A DNA stretch of 64,000 nucleotides. Source: Gemmatimonadales bacterium (GTDB lineage Bacteria > Gemmatimonadota > Gemmatimonadetes > Gemmatimonadales > GWC2-71-9). The notes beneath the pieces were generated by a model, which had not been told where the DNA came from, made no database searches, and was given only the letters and a program-made list of their open reading frames with translations. Below, in pieces: positions 1-9,722 of this stretch (within the stretch, counting starts at the first letter, position 1; each line of letters begins with the position of its first letter). The position numbers and the translations under genes are program-made. Location of the stretch: positions 2,016,001 through 2,080,000 of the forward strand of contig OZ252244.1 of the NCBI GenBank assembly GCA_965249575.1, written 5' to 3'.

Positions 1-423
1 AGCGCGCTCCAGCGGGTTCGGTGGTCCGCTGGTGAGCGGGCGGCGCTCTGAAAAACTCAGGGGACCCCGCCCGTCTAGTGGTTGGCCCAATCCGTCGAGG
101 ATCCGGCCCTGAAGAGCGTCCGCCACCGGGACCTCGAGCGACTTGCCAAGCGGGCGGACCGTGGCTCCAGGGAAGATGCCGTCCGGTTGGCCGAGCGGCA
201 TGAGCAGCACGCCGCGTTCGTGAAATCCAACGACCTCCGCCATGATCGACCCATTCGTCCCGGTCGATACACTACAGAGATCGCCGATCGCCACGTGCAG
301 GGGGGAAGCCTCGACCACCGGACCGATGATCCGGCTTACACGCCCGTGGACAGCGAGTCTCGGCACGGTCGCGATCTGCTCCAGTGCCTTTCCCATGTCC
401 TTGGCGAGCGCCCGTTCAGGCAT
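1..423 (-). CDS. fliI: Flagellar export ATPase FliI, N-terminal part (runs off window)
   Basis: ATG at 423 overlaps the fliH stop; translates as MPERALAK...HGRVSRIIGPVVEA...AEVVGF...LQGRILDGLGQPLDG...PPNPLER, typical of the FliI/YscN N-terminus; follows fliG-fliH. Confidence 0.9.
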   Translation of the reverse strand, partial: MPERALAKDMGKALEQIATVPRLAVHGRVSRIIGPVVEASPLHVAIGDLCSVSTGTNGSIMAEVVGFHERGVLLMPLGQPDGIFPGATVRPLGKSLEVPVADALQGRILDGLGQPLDGRGPLSFSERRPLTSGPPNPLERA

Positions 424-1033
424 TGCGCAGCTTTTGGTATAGGGCAAGAAGGGCTGTCTCGACCTGGCCGTCGATGATCCGACGTGGGTGCTCCACGACG
501 CATCCACCGCGCGAGATCTCCGTGTCAGGTGTCCACTCGACAGGCGAGTTCGTCGAGTGCTTGGCTGGCAGGCTGTTGGTGTCTTGTAATGCGGCCAGAT
601 CATCCGGGTTGAGCCGGACACGGACCGGTCCCTCCAGGTCCACCTCGTCGAGCGCGCGTTCCGCGAGTTCCTGCACGGCTGACGGATCGGCGTTGATCTC
701 CCGACCGATGATCCGCTGGGCTATTGCCACCGCGAGGGCCTTGAGGTTCTCGGACCGCGCGACCGCGAAGTCGGCTCGGGCGGCGTTGAGGGCCTCGGTT
801 ATTGCCCGCAGGGCCTCCGTCGCCCGGCGGAGCCCATCCGCTTGCTCTTGGGCCCCGGCGCGCCGGCCGTCCGCGAGTCCGCGCTCGTACGCCGACTCCT
901 CAGTTGACGGGGGAGAGTGCTCCGTGGGGTCGGCGCCCGGCGGGACCAATTTGAGCTCCGGTAGCGGCCAGAGGTCGAAGCGCGCAGGGGGAGGGCTGTC
1001 GGCCGCGTGCACGGGGCTACTCGATGACGGCAT
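416..1033 (-). CDS. fliH: Flagellar assembly protein FliH
   Basis: AYERGLADG repeat, VRVRLNPDDL, ISRGGCVVE...IDGQVE motifs; lies between fliG and fliI; ATG at 1033 preferred over the ORF-track start. Confidence 0.85.
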   Translation of the reverse strand: MPSSSSPVHAADSPPPARFDLWPLPELKLVPPGADPTEHSPPSTEESAYERGLADGRRAGAQEQADGLRRATEALRAITEALNAARADFAVARSENLKALAVAIAQRIIGREINADPSAVQELAERALDEVDLEGPVRVRLNPDDLAALQDTNSLPAKHSTNSPVEWTPDTEISRGGCVVEHPRRIIDGQVETALLALYQKLRNA

Positions 1034-2042
1034 TGTCGTCGCTTCCGGAAGAGAGCACGACCTCTTCCGCTTCCTCGAGCGCACGCACTTGCGCGAGGAT
1101 CCGGCCCTGCGCGGCCTCCACGTCCTTGACACGTACCGGACCGAGGTACTCGCCCTCGTCTTGGAGCGCTGATGCGGCCCGCTCCGACATGTTCTTCATG
1201 ATATGTTGCGTGAGTTCGTCGCTCGCAGCCTTGAGTGCCAGTGCCAGCTCCTTGCTGTCCAGCTCACGTAGAACGCGCTGCATGGACCGGTCGTCTACCT
1301 TGCATAGGTCCTCGAAGACGAACATCAATCCCTTGATTTCCTCGGCCAGCTCGGCGTTCCGATCTCCAATCGTCCCCAGCAACTCTTTCTCCACCGACGC
1401 GCTGAGCAGATTGAGGACCTGCGCTACGCTCTCGGGGCCGCCGGAAGCGGTCATCTCTTGTGAAAGGGAGAGGTCCGCCTTGCTGGCGAGGCCCGTTTCC
1501 ACCATTTGCAGCATGTCGGGCGCCACCTTCTCCATTCGGGCCATCCGATACAGCACATTGGTGGCCGTCTCCTGATCCAAGGACTCGATCACGGCCGCGG
1601 CCTGTCTCCTGCTCAGGTGGGCGAGGATGAGAGCAACCGTTTGCGGATGCTCCCCGCGCAGGACCGTGTGAAGTAGCTCGGGAGGAGCTTTCCGTAAGCG
1701 TCGCAATCCGGTGTCGACCATCTGCTCCTGAATGCGCGTCAGAATCGACGAGGCTCGCCTGTCTCCCACCGCGTGCTGCAGGATGTCGCGGGCGACGGAG
1801 ACGCCGCCTTGAGCCAAGGATTTCACCGCCCGCGTCACGTCGTGAAACTCCCTGATGACGCCGGACGTGACGTCCGCGCCCACGACGGGCAACATGGCGA
1901 TCTCGAGTGAGAGGGCCTCAACCTCGTCGCCGCTGAGTTTCTGCATGACCTTCGCCGCCGCCTCTGAACCCAGGGACATGCAAAGGATGGCGCTCTTTCT
2001 CCGGCCGGAGAGTTCCTCGCGGGTGATCGAACCTGTCGCCAA
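1017..2042 (-). CDS. fliG: Flagellar motor switch protein FliG
   Basis: LSGRRKSAIL, EHPQTVALIL, MFVFEDL, NMSERAA, GPVRVKDVEAAQ motifs. Confidence 0.95.
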   Translation of the reverse strand: MATGSITREELSGRRKSAILCMSLGSEAAAKVMQKLSGDEVEALSLEIAMLPVVGADVTSGVIREFHDVTRAVKSLAQGGVSVARDILQHAVGDRRASSILTRIQEQMVDTGLRRLRKAPPELLHTVLRGEHPQTVALILAHLSRRQAAAVIESLDQETATNVLYRMARMEKVAPDMLQMVETGLASKADLSLSQEMTASGGPESVAQVLNLLSASVEKELLGTIGDRNAELAEEIKGLMFVFEDLCKVDDRSMQRVLRELDSKELALALKAASDELTQHIMKNMSERAASALQDEGEYLGPVRVKDVEAAQGRILAQVRALEEAEEVVLSSGSDDNAVIE

Positions 2043-3310
2043 CTATGCCTCCGCGAGCCAAGCTCGCACGACGCTCGCCGTGTTTTCGGGACGGTCGGAA
2101 GCCTCGGCCACAACTCGCTGCCTGATCAACATCGCGGGATCGAGCGGCTCGGGCTCAGGCATCGCTTCCGGGGGCGCGACACTCGGGACGGAATGCGGAG
2201 TGCGGGAACGGTCGCCGGCCAGGCTCCGTTGAGTCGTGATCAGTTGGCGAGCCAGGAGAAACACGACTGCTATCCCGACCAAGCCAATCACTGGTTTGGC
2301 AAAACGCTCGATCATCCCGAGATAGTCTGGGGCGCCCCGAACCGCCGGATCTGAAACGGGCACCTCTGACACGACTGGGGCTGCCTCGAACGGAATGCCC
2401 CGTACCGTAACGCGGTCGCCCCGGCTCGGGTCCGCGCCGACGGCGTCGCGCACGAGGGCCTCGAGGTTCGCGATTGCCGCCGCGGGGTTCGCCCCAGACG
2501 CGTTGAGCGATTGCTGATCGACGAGCACGGCCACGCTGAGCTGCTCAATTGAGCCAACGGCGCTTACGATGTTCTCGACTTGGCGGGTGTTCTGATAATT
2601 GTTGGTGATCGTGACCAGGGGGGTCTCCCCTTCATCGAGCGCGACCCCCGGGGCGGTTTGAGACCGCTGCTCGCTCTGCAGTACCTGGCCTTCAGGGTCG
2701 TAGGTCTCGCTGGTTCGCTCGACGCGGTCGAAGTTGAGCCGAGCGGACACTTGGACACGCGCCTGATCCGCTCCCACCACGGTCGCGACCAATCGCTGCA
2801 CCTTGTTCGCGAGGTGCTTCTCCACCGAGCGCTGTAACTCGACCTGCCGATGGGATGCGAGGCCTTCGGACCCGTCCTCGCTTGGCAACGAGAGGACGTG
2901 CCCTGCGGCATTAAGCACCGCCACGTGGGCGGCGGACAGGTGCTCCACGCTCGACGCCACAAGGTACGTAATGCCCTGGACTGCATCGGGCGCCAACGCC
3001 CCATTCCCACGGAGGCGCACGACTACCGCCGCCTCGGCGGGACGGTCGAGTCGGCGCAGTGGGCTCGATTCGGACAGCGCGAGATGCACTTCCGCTCCCT
3101 CGACCCCCTGGAGATTCGAGATGGTGCGCTCCAGCTCGCCCTCGAGCGCGCGTCGATACGTGACCCGCTGCGTGAAGTCGGTCATTCCCCACGACGGCTC
3201 GTCGAACAACTCGAGACCAGGCCGTCCAACCACTGGCAAACCCTCTTGAGCGAGCAGCACCCGGGAGCGCGCGAGGTCGCCGGCGGGAACCTCGACCACC
3301 GATCCACCAG
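2043..3310 (-). pseudogene. fliF: Flagellar M-ring protein FliF lacking its N-terminal transmembrane region
   Basis: GLELFD, RALEGELERTI, VHLAL, LVASSV, RGDRVTV motifs and C-terminal TM helix; reading frame begins abruptly at ...SAGGSVVEVP where it joins fliE sequence. Confidence 0.8.
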
Positions 3311-3531
3311 CTGATGACCTGGTGCAACTCGACCGGTTCCCCTCTTAGAAATGCGGCGATGAAGTCCTTCGAATCGGTTTGCATTTGCGAGACGTCGCCC
3401 AAAGCCCGAGCCAGGGTGTCGCCAAAGCCCGGTTCTGCGACCCCGCCCTCGGGCCGGTGGATAAGCTGGCGAAGCGCCTCAAACGCGGCGCTGGCGGGTG
3501 AGCGGGGGTCACCGGCGATCGGATCGGGCAA
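3311..3531 (-). pseudogene. fliE: Flagellar hook-basal body protein FliE, C-terminally truncated
   Basis: FGDTLARALGDVSQMQ...GEPVELHQV matches FliE; the conserved C-terminal helix (EVRNK...YQE-type) is absent and the frame runs into fliF DNA. Confidence 0.75.
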
Positions 3532-3535
3532 GTGT

Positions 3536-3838
3536 CTAGGCCCTCACGTCGATGCGCTGGCCGCGGGGCGACGCGACCGCCGCCGCCGCGGGTTCGCCCG
3601 GGCGGTAAGTGACGGGTCCGAGTGCCGCCATGCGGGAGAAGAATGCGCGCTCGTCACTCGTCAGAACGCTCCACAGTCCCGGGTCGGCACCCGGAGGCGG
3701 CGCGTCCGTTCCCGTCGTGGCGGTCGTGGCGGCCCGTCCGCCCGCCCGAGCCTCGTTTGCGGGATTCGGGCGCTCGATGCCGCGCGAAGGCGAGACCGAG
3801 CCGGGGATCGGAGATGGAGGAATTCCATTGACGTTCAT
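3536..3838 (-). CDS. Small hypothetical protein in the flagellar operon
   Basis: 100-aa ORF between flgC and fliE on the same strand; ends RGQRIDVRA. Confidence 0.65.
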   Translation of the reverse strand: MNVNGIPPSPIPGSVSPSRGIERPNPANEARAGGRAATTATTGTDAPPPGADPGLWSVLTSDERAFFSRMAALGPVTYRPGEPAAAAVASPRGQRIDVRA

Positions 3839-3856
3839 ACTAGGTGGGCCCTCACG

Positions 3857-3970
3857 TCAGATCTCGAGCGCACGCCTGAGAATCGCCTTGGCGGCCTCGA
3901 ACACAGTCGCGTTCGCCTCGAACAGTCGTCGAGACACCATTAGATCGACCACTTCGGTGGTGATGTCGAC
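3857..3970 (-). pseudogene. flgC: Flagellar basal-body rod protein FlgC, C-terminal fragment only
   Basis: VDITTEVVDLMVSRRLFEANATVFEAAKAILRRALEI is the flagellar rod C-terminal motif; upstream sequence switches to the opposite-strand kinase. Confidence 0.8.
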
Positions 3971-3993
3971 ACTGGCGATGGGGATTCTGGCTC

Positions 3994-6987
3994 TTGGCGG
4001 GTGTGGGATTGGCGGGCCTTGCCATCCCGCTGTACCTCCCGCTCGAACCCCGGTCGTCGATCGGTGCTGCCGCGCTCTATGCCGCCGGAGTGCTGGGCGC
4101 CCTGGGTGTCGGCGCGGTGCTCGCATGGCTCCGGTCGCGCACACGACTGGAGGAGCTGGACGAGTCGAGGGCGCGGCTTGCTGGCATCGTGAATTCCGCC
4201 ATGGACGCGATCGTCACGGTCGACAAGAACCGGCGGGTGACCTTCTTGAACCGTGCGGCCGAGCAAATCCTCCGCTGCTCAGCGGACCAAGCGGTAGGCT
4301 CTTCCCTCGAGCGCTTCATACCAGAAGTGGGCGCAATCTTCCAGACCGAGTGGCTCAGGACTTCGGGAGCATACGGACTGCGGAACCCCGACGAGAGTGC
4401 CGACCAACGGCTGGTAGCACGCCGCGCCGATGGCGAGACGTTTCCGATCGAGGCCACGTTTAGCGTGTATCGCGTAAATCGACAGGCGCTCACAACGCTC
4501 ATCGTGCGGGATGTCACCGAGCGATACGAGGGTGACGCGGCTCTGCGACAAAGCGAGACTCGATATCGCTCGCTAGTCGATAGCCTGAAGGAGGTGATCT
4601 TCCAAGCCGATATTTCAGGACGCTGGACCTTCCTCAATCCAGCCTGGTCGGACATTACAGGATACGACGTGGTGGAAAGCATCGGACAGCCATCAGCCGC
4701 TTTCCTCCATCCGGACGATCGCCGCCTGCAAGAGGAGAAAATCGAGCACCTCCGAGACAAGCGCGATCCGGTGTCGCGTTACGAGATTCGGTGCACGCGA
4801 AAAGATGGCAGTGATCGGTGGCTCGAAGTCCGAGCCCGCCCGTCGGTCGATGAAAGGGGGAAGATGATCGGCATTTCGGGCACGCTGACGGACATCACCG
4901 AGCGCCGACAGGTGGAGGAGGCACTGGTTCACAGCCAGGCACGCCTTAAGCTCCTCAATATCATCGCCGCCTCCGTTCTATCTGGGCAGCGGGTCGCTGC
5001 CCTCATCGAGGGGACGGTGTCTCGACTCGCCGCGCTGTTTCCCGACTGCCGGGTCGCCTACGCGACGGTCGACAACGACGGACGTATGGTGGTGCGCTAT
5101 GCCCGGCAGCCGGATGCGATGCGGGACCGGACCGGCGTCGTAGCTGACCTGAACCTGGCGCCCGAGTACATGTCCGCCCTTCGAGGCCGCGAGCCCGTCG
5201 TAGCTAGAAACACCGCGGAGGATCGCCGCTTGCTACCGCTGAACGAGCTGTTCGATGTAAATACGGCGGGAGGGTTTCTCGGGATGCCGCTGCACCATTC
5301 CGCGCAGCTCATCGGCCTGCTGTCGCTCGAATCTCAGGAGTCACGTGAATGGGCCGACCACGAGATAACGACCATGCGAGCGGTTGCGGAGACCCTCTCG
5401 GTTGCGGTTGCGGAGGCGCGCACGCGACTCGAGCGGGAGGCAGCGCAGCAGGCCCTACGCCGCTCCGAGGCGAGCCTCCGAGGTCTCGTCGACAACGCGG
5501 TCTTCGGCATCTTCCGGAGCACCGTGAGCGGCCGACTCTTGATGGTCAATCGGACGCTGGTCGAAATGCTGGGCTACGAATCGCCGGAGGAGCTGCTCGC
5601 AGTGGATGTATCGACGGAACTCCACGCGTCTCCCGAAGACCGAATGCACCTCATGGCCCGGCTGGCGGGTAGCGACGGCGTCCATGTGGAGGAAGTCACC
5701 TTGAAGCGCAAGGATGGTCCTGCCCTGATGGCACGCATCAGCGGCAGACCGCTCCGATCGGTTTCGGGGGGCATCGAGGGCCTCGAGGTCATCGTCGAAG
5801 ACGTCACGGAGCAAAAGACCCTCGAGGAGCAATTGCGCCACTCGCAGAAACTCGAAGCCATCGGGCGGCTCACGGGCGGTATCGCGCACGACTTCAACAA
5901 CCTGCTCACGGTGATCCAGTTCAACGCAGAGATGGTGGGGGAGGCGCTGCCGGCCAAACGCAAGGATCTCCGCGGGAAAATCCAGGCGCTCCAGAACGCG
6001 GCGAAGCGGGGCACCGGGATGATTCGCAAGCTGCTCGCGTTCAGCCGGCGCGAGCGTCTGGAGCTTCGCCCGGTCGACCTCTCCAAGCTGATCTCGGAAC
6101 TGTCGGGCATGATGCGGCACGCGCTCCCCGAGAGCATCGATATGCGCATGCGGCTCGACGATGCGCTGCCGGCGGTGCGCGGAGAGGCTGACGCCATCGA
6201 GCAGATTCTCCTGAACCTCGTTACCAACTCGCGGGATGCCATGGGGAGCGGAGGAACGCTCACGCTGGAGACGAGTGCAGTGGAATTCGACGCGGCGGCG
6301 GCAGCCGCGCGGGGACTGGGAGGGGCTGGCGACTACGTGCGTCTTGCCGTCCACGACACGGGTTCGGGGATCGACGAAACCGTACGGGCGCAGATTTTCG
6401 AGCCGTTCTTCACCACGAAGCCGACCGGGATGGGAACTGGTCTCGGCCTGTCGATGGTGTACGGTCTCGTGCACCAGCACGGCGGGTTCGTGGATGTCGA
6501 GAGCCGCGAGGGCGAGGGCACGACGATCGCGATCTACTTGCCGACAGTGACAGAGGTCCCTCCAGCACCCCCCGACAACGATCCCGGCGAGATCCTCGGC
6601 GGAGAAGAAACCATATTGGTCGCCGAGGACGAGCCCGGGGTTCGCGGGGCGGCCAAGGACGTGCTCGAGTGGAACGGGTATACCGTCTTGCAAGCCGTCG
6701 ATGGTCGCGAGGCGTTGGAACTCTATAAACAGAACGCCGACACGATCGACCTGATCATCTCGGACGTCGTCATGCCGCAAATGGGAGGCCAGAGTCTGTA
6801 CGACGCCCTTCGGGCCGAGGGCTTCACCGTGAGAATGCTGTTCACCAGCGGGTACGCTGCGCGGGATGCGGTGTCCGGGGCCGAGCTCGATGCGACGGTT
6901 CCCTTCCTCCGGAAGCCGTGGACTCCGCGCGACCTGCTGGCACGCGTCCGGGAAGTGCTCGACACCTCCCCTGCAACAGCGCGATAG
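3994..6987 (+). CDS. Hybrid sensor histidine kinase (TM, PAS x2, GAF, PAS, HisKA, HATPase, REC); 5' end probably truncated
   Basis: PAS/PAC repeats (DVTER, DITER, EDVTE), H-box GGIAHDFNNLL, NLVTNSRDAM, DTGSGI, FEPFFTTK..GTGLGL, receiver AEDE...DVVMP...KPW. Confidence 0.93.
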   Translation: MAGVGLAGLAIPLYLPLEPRSSIGAAALYAAGVLGALGVGAVLAWLRSRTRLEELDESRARLAGIVNSAMDAIVTVDKNRRVTFLNRAAEQILRCSADQAVGSSLERFIPEVGAIFQTEWLRTSGAYGLRNPDESADQRLVARRADGETFPIEATFSVYRVNRQALTTLIVRDVTERYEGDAALRQSETRYRSLVDSLKEVIFQADISGRWTFLNPAWSDITGYDVVESIGQPSAAFLHPDDRRLQEEKIEHLRDKRDPVSRYEIRCTRKDGSDRWLEVRARPSVDERGKMIGISGTLTDITERRQVEEALVHSQARLKLLNIIAASVLSGQRVAALIEGTVSRLAALFPDCRVAYATVDNDGRMVVRYARQPDAMRDRTGVVADLNLAPEYMSALRGREPVVARNTAEDRRLLPLNELFDVNTAGGFLGMPLHHSAQLIGLLSLESQESREWADHEITTMRAVAETLSVAVAEARTRLEREAAQQALRRSEASLRGLVDNAVFGIFRSTVSGRLLMVNRTLVEMLGYESPEELLAVDVSTELHASPEDRMHLMARLAGSDGVHVEEVTLKRKDGPALMARISGRPLRSVSGGIEGLEVIVEDVTEQKTLEEQLRHSQKLEAIGRLTGGIAHDFNNLLTVIQFNAEMVGEALPAKRKDLRGKIQALQNAAKRGTGMIRKLLAFSRRERLELRPVDLSKLISELSGMMRHALPESIDMRMRLDDALPAVRGEADAIEQILLNLVTNSRDAMGSGGTLTLETSAVEFDAAAAAARGLGGAGDYVRLAVHDTGSGIDETVRAQIFEPFFTTKPTGMGTGLGLSMVYGLVHQHGGFVDVESREGEGTTIAIYLPTVTEVPPAPPDNDPGEILGGEETILVAEDEPGVRGAAKDVLEWNGYTVLQAVDGREALELYKQNADTIDLIISDVVMPQMGGQSLYDALRAEGFTVRMLFTSGYAARDAVSGAELDATVPFLRKPWTPRDLLARVREVLDTSPATAR

Positions 6988-6994
6988 TCCCGAT

Positions 6995-7913
6995 TTAACC
7001 GGGCGGACCCCCGCCCTTCGCTCCAGACTTCCCCTCGGCGAGATTGTGGTAAAACCTCGTCGTCGGGTACGCGAGATCGATGTCGTCGCACTGTCCGAAC
7101 GCCGTCAGGATTGCCTCCCACATGATCTCCTGCTTGCCGCGCCGCTCTCGTGGAAGCGACATGTAGCGTATCGTCAGGAGCACACCGTGGTCTCGCACGC
7201 TGGTGTAGACGACGGGTGTCAGCTTCGAGTAGAAGATGAGAAACCTGCGGGATGCCTCTTGCACCCGCCGACGCGCTTCCTCGGTCAAATCCTGCGCATG
7301 CTCTACCGCGATCTTCCCGAGCAGGTCCTTCGCCTTTCTCCAATTACTCTCGAAGGTGATCAGCACGGGGATCTCGTCCCAAATGTGTTCGAACCCCGTG
7401 GTGTAGTTGGCGAGTGGATGGGTGAGCACCATTCCGTTCGGTACATGAATCATGCGACCGGTGCTCTGCTCCGCGTCCACCCAGTTACCCACTTCGAGCA
7501 GTGTGAACTGAAACAGCCTGAGATCGAACGTCACCCGTGTGCGTCCCGATCTGCACCCGGTCACCCACCTCGAACGGTCGACGCCAGAGCACGAAGGCCC
7601 ATCCGGCGAGGTTCGAGACGATGTCCTTGAGGGCGATCGCGAGACCCGCGGACAGGAGCCCGAGGAACGTGGCGACCTGTTGGAGCCCGGCAAACCAAAT
7701 GCGCCCCACTAAAGCGAGCCCGAGCCCGACCGTGACGTAGGTCGTGGTCTTCCGCCAGCGATAGCGGTCCCTGACGTCGTGGAGCCGGCGGTAGATTATG
7801 GACAGCACCAGCCACCGGACGAGCGCCAAGACGGCGAAGGTCGCGACAGACGAGAGTAACTTGTCTTGGATCGACGGGCCGATTCCTAGGGTCGCTCCCA
7901 GCCAGTCCCGCAT
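6995..7913 (-). CDS. mscS: Small-conductance mechanosensitive channel (MscS family), frameshifted near 7527
   Basis: GLLSAGLAIALKD...RPFEVGDRVQIG in one frame continues as LFQFTLLE...IHVPNG...IDLAYPT in another. Confidence 0.8.
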
Positions 7914-8112
7914 GGCGCTAGCCTCCGGAGTGATCGTGTCCGTCCGTGATATTAACGCCCCCGGGGCAGCAGCGGTCGGGCGGAGTTGCGGGGGGACATC
8001 GAGCAGGATTGCTTAGTGGTGTGAATTCGAGGGGCGGCGGAACTCGGATCCGTCGGCTGGGTCTTTCGGGACAGCCGATGCCGCCGCTTGGAATGCCTAC
8101 GGGGTGATCGCG

Positions 8113-8577
8113 ATGCGCTTTTCGGTGTTCGGGCTCCCGTTCTGGCCGCTGGGCCTGTCAGTGGCGCTCTGCCTTAGTTGCACCGGCGATGGCACGGGGC
8201 TCGATCAGTTCGGTAATCCCTCAGGTGGCCCCCCAGCCGGGGGGGGAATCAGTCTATCCGCCAACGTCCAGCCGATCTTTACGGCCAATTGCGCCTTCGC
8301 TGGCTGTCACGCGGGCAACATGCCCCAGGAGGGCCAAAACCTCAGTGCCGGCCTGGCCTTCTCGAGCATCGTTGGGGTCTCATCGGCGCAGCAGCCCTCC
8401 CTGAACCGTGTTCAGCCGTTTGCGCCGTTTCTCAGCTACCTGATCCACAAAGTTCGAGGCACGCAGGCCTCGGTCGGTGGACGCGGCGGCCGCATGCCTC
8501 TTGGGGGGGACACACTGTCGACGCAAGAGATCGAAGTGATTCTCGAGTGGATCCGCGGGGGCGCGCTCGATAACTGA
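8113..8577 (+). CDS. Lipoprotein c-type cytochrome with atypical CX4CH heme motif
   Basis: Signal peptide ending LSC; VQPIFTANCAFAGCH; SYLIHKV...GRMP (axial Met candidate); WIRGGA C-terminus. Confidence 0.75.
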   Translation: MRFSVFGLPFWPLGLSVALCLSCTGDGTGLDQFGNPSGGPPAGGGISLSANVQPIFTANCAFAGCHAGNMPQEGQNLSAGLAFSSIVGVSSAQQPSLNRVQPFAPFLSYLIHKVRGTQASVGGRGGRMPLGGDTLSTQEIEVILEWIRGGALDN

Positions 8578-8615
8578 CACGGCAGCCGATGTCGGCTCCG
8601 GTTTAGGAGGACGAA

Positions 8616-9679
8616 GTGGTGATACACGTTATCGCGCTCGCGTTGGTATCGAGCGTGGCCGGTCCCAAGGCCGCGACCGAGCCGTACCTTGCATTTCGGA
8701 CGGGGCTCAAGTGCTCGGCGTGCCACGTGAATCGGACTGGGGGCGGTGGAAGGACGGATTTCGGCAGCATCTACGCCCAGACCATGCTCCCGATCAAGAC
8801 CGGCGCCATTCGGAGCCGCGCGATCAACGATTTCATCTCGGTGGGCTTTGATGTCAGGGCCCTCGCGAGCGGAACGTTCGGAAGTGCCACTCCGAGGACC
8901 GCCGTCGACCTCGACGTCGCGAATGCCTTTGTCGAAGCGAGGCTCATCGACCAAGTACTCTCGCTGTATATCGATGAGACCCTCGGGCCGGGTCGTGCCA
9001 TAGCCCGGGAGGCGTTCGGGCTGGTGCAGTGGAGGCCCCTCAACGGCTACGCCAAGGTGGGGAAGTTCCTGCTTCCGTATGGACTGAGGCTTCAAGACGA
9101 CGCGGAGTTCATTCGAGATCGGACGGGTTTCAACTACAATACTCCTGACCAAGGAGTGGAGCTCGGCATCGAGCCCGGCCCGCTCTCGCTCGCGGTTGCG
9201 GTCACCAACGGCTCTCAAGGTGGAGCGGAAAACGACGACGGGAAGCAAGTGACCTCGAGCGCGTCGGTGGTGTCTTCACATTTCAGGCTGGGCGCCTCCG
9301 CGTCGCGGAATGAGAGCTCCGGAAACGCACGCAACGTTTTGGGAGGGTTCGGCGGTTTTCGCGCCGGTCCCCTCACGGTCCTGGGTGAGTTCGACTACAT
9401 TCTGGACTCGTTCAGCTCCAGCCCGGATGTCGACCAGCTGGTTGCGTATGTCGAGGGTGACTTGCTCGCTACCCAGGGGGTCAACGCGAAGGTGACCTAC
9501 GGGTATCACAATCGCAATCTCAACGTTCCTGAAGATCAGCATGTAAGAGTGCGGTTTGGACTCGAGGTGTTCCCGTTCAGTTCGTCCGGCTAGCTGGGTT
9601 CTACACGCTCCTCGAGGATATTCCCCAGGCAAGGACGGATCTCGACCGCGCAAGCCTCGAGGTACACGTCCACTTCTAG
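8616..9679 (+). CDS. Outer-membrane beta-barrel fused to an N-terminal monoheme cytochrome c (Cyc2-like architecture); frameshift near 9575
   Basis: Signal peptide, EPYLAFRTGLKCSACH...FG, amphipathic beta strands; an alternative frame after 9575 reads QFVRLAGFY...SLEVHVHF* with a terminal Phe at 9679. Confidence 0.75.
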
Positions 9680-9722
9680 CAGCGGTGTCGTTCACAATAG
9701 TCTAGTTCGGAGCGTCCATCTC

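Noticed and set aside
2911..3531. 206-aa ORF as a genuine extended FliE
   Set aside because: After HQVI it is an out-of-frame read of fliF
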